Position numbers and translations under genes: made by a program. Source: the human T2T-CHM13v2.0 reference genome, Homo sapiens. Taken from it: a stretch of 64,000 nucleotides of DNA. Where the stretch lies: the NCBI RefSeq assembly GCF_009914755.1, contig NC_060930.1. One strand, written 5' to 3'. Positions 58,173 to 64,000 of the stretch are shown piece after piece. The notes under the pieces are model-generated. The model searched no databases and was not told the DNA's origin. It saw nothing but the letters and a program-made list of their open reading frames with translations. How positions within the stretch are numbered: position 1 is the first letter of the stretch; every line of letters begins with the position of its first letter.

Positions 58173-61100
58173 CTAAGGATCATCAGCAAAGGCCCGCTGG
58201 GCATTGGGGAAGCGCTGGGGACTGTAGTTGGGGTCTTCCTGCAGTCGTTTTTGTATATCAGACCGGAGCTAAAGAGAAAAAGTAAGCAGGTTGGAGAAAC
58301 GCTGGCCAAGTCCCTATGATCCCAGCAAGCACACAAGGCCATCCCTCAGAAGCTAACATTTCCCCCCCCAAGCACACTGTCAAATAGCCCGGGGTGGCAC
58401 TGTCAAGCCTTCCCAGATGCCAAAGGGGAAAACAAATGGTAGCACCAGGCTGACCAGTTCATCGCTGAAGGGATCCAGGGAAGAGGGACCCTAGCCCAAC
58501 CCCTCCCACTAGACCATCCCTATTCTGCTTCAAGGTGGCACCTGCTGCCTGTAGCTCTCCTGAACCTCTGGTGCCTCCAGGTCCCGGCTCAGGCTCTCGG
58601 GGCTCGTCAGGGGCCGAGCTCCGGCTGCCTTAGCTGCCCGGCTCACAGCCTCTGAGAGAAGCAGCTGGGGGCCCTCACCCTGCATCGTCTGGGGGACAGG
58701 GGGTTGGGAGGGAAAAGAGGATCAACGTCAGATCCAGTGCCACCATCCGGCTCACCCTTTCCATGAGTCAACCACTCCACTGAGTCTCCATGCTAGTGGA
58801 GAGAGGGGAAATTAAGAGTCCAGGATGTGGTTTTTACAGCAGAAATGCCTTCCTAATTCTCTTTGGCACTAGCCAAAACTAAAGTGAATGTGCTTGAACG
58901 TGCTCTTCAAAACGAAAGGCAGAAGGGGTCAAGCCATCCGGGATTCAGAGCTAGGTAATCCACAAGAGGAAACCCACCTTAAAGGAAAATGGGATCTAAG
59001 CACATGGGGATTAGGCAGCTGAGCAACTAATACAGGACTGCTAGCAAACAGACTAAGGTCAAGTCCTGTATGGTTATGCAACAACCAAGAGCAAGTCTGA
59101 ATCCCAGAAAAAGTTTCCTCATTAAACGAGGGGAGGGGAGACTGAATAACAAGAGCTCCCACCATCTCTACATAGTTTGATTCCAGGCATGACGGGGAAA
59201 CCTGGATAGAGAGAGAGGCTTAGGGAAGAGGAAAACCAACCTTGCGTCTCTTGGCAGGCATACCACTGAGGTAGGCATCACTCAGAGGGGGCTGCGGTTT
59301 CACCTTCCGCTGGCTCTGAATGTCCTGCTGGATAATAGGGACCCATTCCTGGGGAGGAAAAGAGAAAATAGTAATGTCCTTGACTTTCAGCTGCCATGAC
59401 CCACTGGATTACTTCCTGACACTTACTGGGGGGACTGCAGCTGCCCAAGGTTCTGTCTCAGCTGAAGCTCCATCCTGTTCATCCCGGGAGCCCCCCTCAG
59501 GAGCAGGAGGTGGACCTCGGGACATGGCCTCTTCTGCTGTTGTTCCAGGGGCTGGGGAAGCATTCTCCCGCTGGGTGTCAGATGGCGGGAAGAGCCAGGC
59601 TTCAGAATTTTTAGCCTCCAAACCTTTCTCCCCCAGCCCTCCACTCCACATTATCTGGCCCCTCAACCTCCCCCTCTCTAGAGTACCTGAGGCTCAGGGG
59701 AAGCTCTTTCTGCTCCCTGAACTTCCATTGGCTCCTCAGGAAGTGGCTGTGAAATTAAAGAACACCATACTTCCTCTCAGATCTCTCCAGTTCTCTCAAG
59801 TACCCTGACCCCATCGCCCAACAGGTCCCTTACCTGGGGGGGATCACCAACCCTGCGAACGTATCTGAGAATGGCATCAGGGCCTACAGGCATGTGCTCC
59901 AGTACCACCTGAAGCCTCAGTCCCATCATAGTGGTCAGCCAGCTCACCAAGGAGGGATTCACCCCACGAGACATACGACGCTGAGGGACAGAAAGCAGAT
60001 TTAGAACACAAAACCCTCAACCACCTTTAGAAATAGATTAGATCCAGGTTACAGAATGTCAGTTTAGAAAAGAAAAATGAAAACTGCAGAGAATGGAAAC
60101 CTCAGGAAACAAAAGGCTAAGGATCTGGGGCTAGGTGGTGCTTACAATTCGGCCATTGATAACAGCAGCAAGCTCCATCTGCTGTCCCCCCAAGCAGTGC
60201 AGGTTTAGGGCCAGGCATTCAAACAGGCCTTGGTTACACAACTCCAGCAACCGGGCCCCAAATCCACTATCTGTGGGCAAAATACAAGGAGGGAATGCTG
60301 GCACGTGGCAGCCCTGCACATGCAACAGGCCCCACTTGCCCCCGCCTGGCCAGCCCCTGACCTGTGCAATGCAGCACATGCGCAGCAATGCTATTAAACT
60401 GCTCTTGGAGAAATTCCAGGTTTGTCCGGATGATGTCCACACCTGGCTGAACCTGCACCAAGGACTGAGAGACAAGATAACACAAAGATCCCAAAATCAA
60501 GAATCATAAGACTGGGAGTGGAGGAGGCAGCTGCCTTGACCAGACCCAGGAGAGGAAAGGAATAGAGAAGGGTTACTCACAAAACTCTCCCGCACATACT
60601 CTTCTAGCCCCGTGATCAATGTGTGGGTTGCCATCTGTGGAGGAAACAGAACAGGTTTAGTTCAAAGCCTCAGTCCTCCCAAGACTTCCACCTCGACCCC
60701 AACAAGTCCAGGGCTTGTGTGGGGGCAATTGGAGCTTTACCTGGCAGAGAAGCAGTCAGAAATAAGGAATAAAATGTGCAAAAGAGGAGAGTTCTGGGGC
60801 CCCTGGCCTTCATTTACCCGGATGTTACTGGGTGTGGGCTCCTGACCACCCAGGTAGTGCTGGTGGAAGAAGGATCGCAGCTGGGGCTGGAGCCGTTGTA
60901 GTGGCTGGAAATGCCCATGGAGAAGCATCACTACGTCCACCATAGAGAAGTTCTGGCACAGAAGAGAAAGCAAGGCCCCAAAGAATCCTGGGGGACAAGG
61001 GCAGATGTTAGCAATGGCCTTTACCACCTGGCCTGCCCACCCACAACCAGATCATCAACCTCATCCCACCTTGGCAATACCCCTAAACCAAGGCCATCTA

Positions 61101-64000
61101 CATTCCTCTGGCTGCCCCTTCCTGGAGCAAGCCAAAGCATCCTTTTTGCTCACCAAGGGCCCCATCAGCTCCAGGCTCAAAGATGTTGCTGGATCCACTG
61201 AGGCGTTGTATGAAGGCAGCAATACTTTCACTGCTGCCAGCCCGAGCCCCCAGGGAGCCCAGCAGGGAGCTGAGCACACCCTGCACCACTGAGGTAAAAA
61301 ACTCCGGTGACAGGCTCTCAAGACCCAGGCCTCCAGGACTCCCTGCGCCACCAGAAGGGGAGCCTGGTGGGGGCATGGTCTGCTGCTCTGGGGCAGGTGG
61401 TGGGGGTGGAGGAGGTGGGGGTGGTGGAGGGGCTGTCTGTGTTGCCTGGCAAATAAAGAACAAAGAACAGAAAGTGAGGTGAGAATGAAGACACACGGAA
61501 ATAATACGGCATCAAGAGGGCACAAACCAACGGGTCTGGGAAGATGGGGAGTTACATTCTGATCTTCACTGCTTAAAGCAGAAGTATGGTAGGTATTTAA
61601 CAGAGTCAGGCAGCACAACTTACCTACCTCTTCCTCTGAACAGGTTGTCAGAAAGCAGTGACACTAATTACTATACTTTCTTTTTCTAAACCTCATTTTC
61701 TTCATCTTTAAAATGAAAGGTTCAGAGTCAATGAATTCCCAGGGCCCCTTCCCCTAACATGTCACTAGGGGCTCTTACCCAGTGGTTATGTAATGGCAAG
61801 AAGGTACCACTGCCTGGCTGGGCCGGGGGACAGGAAGATGAGGTGAATGGCAAGCCAGCCACTCACCTGCAAGAAGTCAGTCATGCCTTGGAGAAAGGCA
61901 GGGACACCAGGCATCGCCACAGTGATGGTGGGAGAAGCCACACCAGGCCCTCCAGCCCCTGGCCCTGCAGGCCCTAGCAGGTTCCCCAGAAGCTGAGAGA
62001 ACTGAAGATCAGCCATGGAGGGTTGAGGGGTGGGTGGAGGCTGGGCAGGCCCCCCAGGAGCGGGGCCAGCTGTGGTAGCTGTGTTGGTGGTGCCAGCACT
62101 GGCAGAAGCAGTGGCAGGGGCTGGCGGTGGAGCCATACCTGGGGTCCCCTGAGCTGTAAGAAACCAAAAAAAGAAAGCTGGGCTGAGCATGGTGGCTCTT
62201 GGCTGTAATCCTAGCAACTTTGGGAGGCCAAGGCATGAGAACTGCTTGAGCCCAGGAGTCTAGGCCACATAGCAAGACCCCATCTCTACCAGAAAAAAAA
62301 AAAGACAATTACTAGCCAGGAGCTAGTACTGCTAGCTACTCAGGAGGCTGAGGTGGGAGAACTGTTTGAGCCCAGGAGTTCAAGGTTACAGTGAGCTTTA
62401 ACTCACTGGATTGCACCACTGCACTCCAGTCTGGGTGACAGAGCAAGACTCTGTAACTTAAAAAAAAAAGAAAAAAGCTGGCCGGGCACGATGGCTCAAG
62501 CCTGTAATCCCAGCACTTTGGGAGGCCAAGGTGGGTGGATCACAAGGTCAAGAGTTCGAGACCATCCTGGCCAACATGGTGAAACCCCCTTCTCTACTAA
62601 AAACATAAAAAATTAGCTGGGCGTGGTGGCGTGCACCTGTAGTCCCAGCTACTCAGGAGGCTGAGGCAGGAGAATCACTTGAACCCGGGAGGCAGAGGTT
62701 GCAGTGAGCCAAGATTGTACACTGCACTCCAGCCTAGCAACAGAGTGAGACTCCATCTCAAAAAAAAAAAAAAAGCTGAAACCTGAAGACACAAGACACT
62801 ACAGCAGCCCCATTCCAGGAAAGCAGGAACCAAGAAAATATGGAAAGAACTGGAAAGTGCCAGTGAGCAGACTAGGAAAGGAGTTTAAACTCTGAGTGGG
62901 GAAGAATGAAAACTCACCCACAAGGACTGGCTGCATAAGAAGCTGCCCCACAAGGCCGCTCACCATCTGGGCCAACGAGGCATTGGTACCCAGACCGGCG
63001 CCCTGCTGGATAGAGAGCAAGGGAGAACTTCAGACCTGCCCTTCCATGCACCACCACAGGAGTCTCTCCCTAGACTGTTACGCACTAGAACTCCCCGACC
63101 CTTGCTCACCAGTGTCCCAGAGACTGGGGGCCCTCCAGGATGGGAAGGCCGAGCCTGTGGAGGAGTGGGCCGGGCAATCACCACCCGGGTTGGAGCTGTT
63201 GGGAAGCCTGGCACCTGCTGTCCTGTGGGTGGCAGAAGAGACAGACCGAAGAGGGCTGAGGGCCAGGCCCTTGCCAGCCAGCTGCCACCATGGACTGTGC
63301 CCTACCTCCCAAGCCTCCCCTTCCAGGTCATTACCTGCGGCCGCGGAGGCAACAGCTGCCACCATGGCCTGATGAGTGATCTGGTGGGCGACGGCGTGCA
63401 TGAACTCAGGGGGCAGGGAGGGCAGCTGGATGAGGGTGGAGCCTGGGGGGCGGGTCTGATGTAACCTTGAACCTGGACCCCTTCAACCCACCCACTCAGC
63501 CCTTCCCTTTCTCTACCCAGAGCTCAGCCTGCCCTGATGCCCTCACTCTTACCCAGGGTTTGGCCATGACCAGGGGGTCCCAGGGGGCCAGTGGGAGCAC
63601 TCGGAACACCACCAGGCTGTGTGCCAGAATCTGGGCAGGGAGACAGAGACAGTGGCCCTGAGGTAGGTAGGGCCAAGGCCTAACTATATCCTTCTGAGAT
63701 CAGGCATACTTCAGGCCCATAATCCCCCAATCAGAAAGCCTGCCTTTCCCTCCATCTAAACAGGGAGAGGTACTCCCTTCACCACACAAACACACCTCCA
63801 AAGACAAACCAACCCCCACACCCCCCACATCTGTCTACTTAAGCTTCTGCTCTGGTCCCCAGGCTACCACCACCAGCATGTGCCTCTCCCTTCCCCACCC
63901 TGTTCCCTCACACCTCAGCATGAACCTCCCTCATCATGCTGATCCTGCTCTTCTCGCCAGCAACTATTCTCACCTTGAATGTTCATGTGCATCATGACCA
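58173..64000 (-). CDS. BAG6: BAG cochaperone 6 (BAT3/Scythe), C-terminal part; 5' exons lie outside the window
   Basis: Exons (minus): 64000-63974 (partial), 63630-63553, 63442-63335, 63222-63110, 63005-62918, 62153-61867, 61445-61154, 60987-60818, 60634-60581, 60464-60362, 60270-60146, 59980-59834, 59746-59687, 59570-59427, 59348-59241 (NLS …MPAKRRK), 58688-58542, 58268-58173 (…[23 protein letters not shown]). All GT-AG and in phase. Confidence 0.98.
62177..62776 (+). mobile_element. Two Alus in a BAG6 intron (antisense to the BAG6 transcript)
   Basis: ~62177-62475 (older, diverged) and ~62480-62776. Confidence 0.9.

Overview
Human genomic DNA from the MHC class III region (6p21.33), just downstream of TNF. 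In order it holds: the 5' part of LTB (minus; exon 4 is cut by the window start), LST1 (plus), NCR3/NKp30 (minus, tail-to-tail with LST1), a ~21 kb Alu-saturated interval with fragmented Tigger1, MER21, L1 and L2 remnants and the processed pseudogene UQCRHP1, AIF1/IBA1 (plus), the CpG-island gene PRRC2A/BAT2 (plus, 30 coding exons, 2157 codons, hosting SNORA38 and MIR6832), and the 3' part of BAG6/BAT3 (minus; cut by the window end). I traced all exon boundaries by hand (GT-AG). Exon sums give the expected lengths: LST1 97 aa, NKp30a/b/c 201/177/190 aa, AIF1 147 aa, PRRC2A 2157 aa. This locus is heavily studied, and I see no foreign insert or new gene system. The best candidates for under-described biology are regulatory: an overlapping uORF on the mRNA of the leaky-scanning factor PRRC2A, five perfect octamer motifs in its promoter, Alu-flanked stop-free in-frame exon circles, recursive-splice-like junctions, and an LST1 uORF that starts at an exon junction. 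Repeat subfamily names and SNP identities come from memory and were not verified by search.
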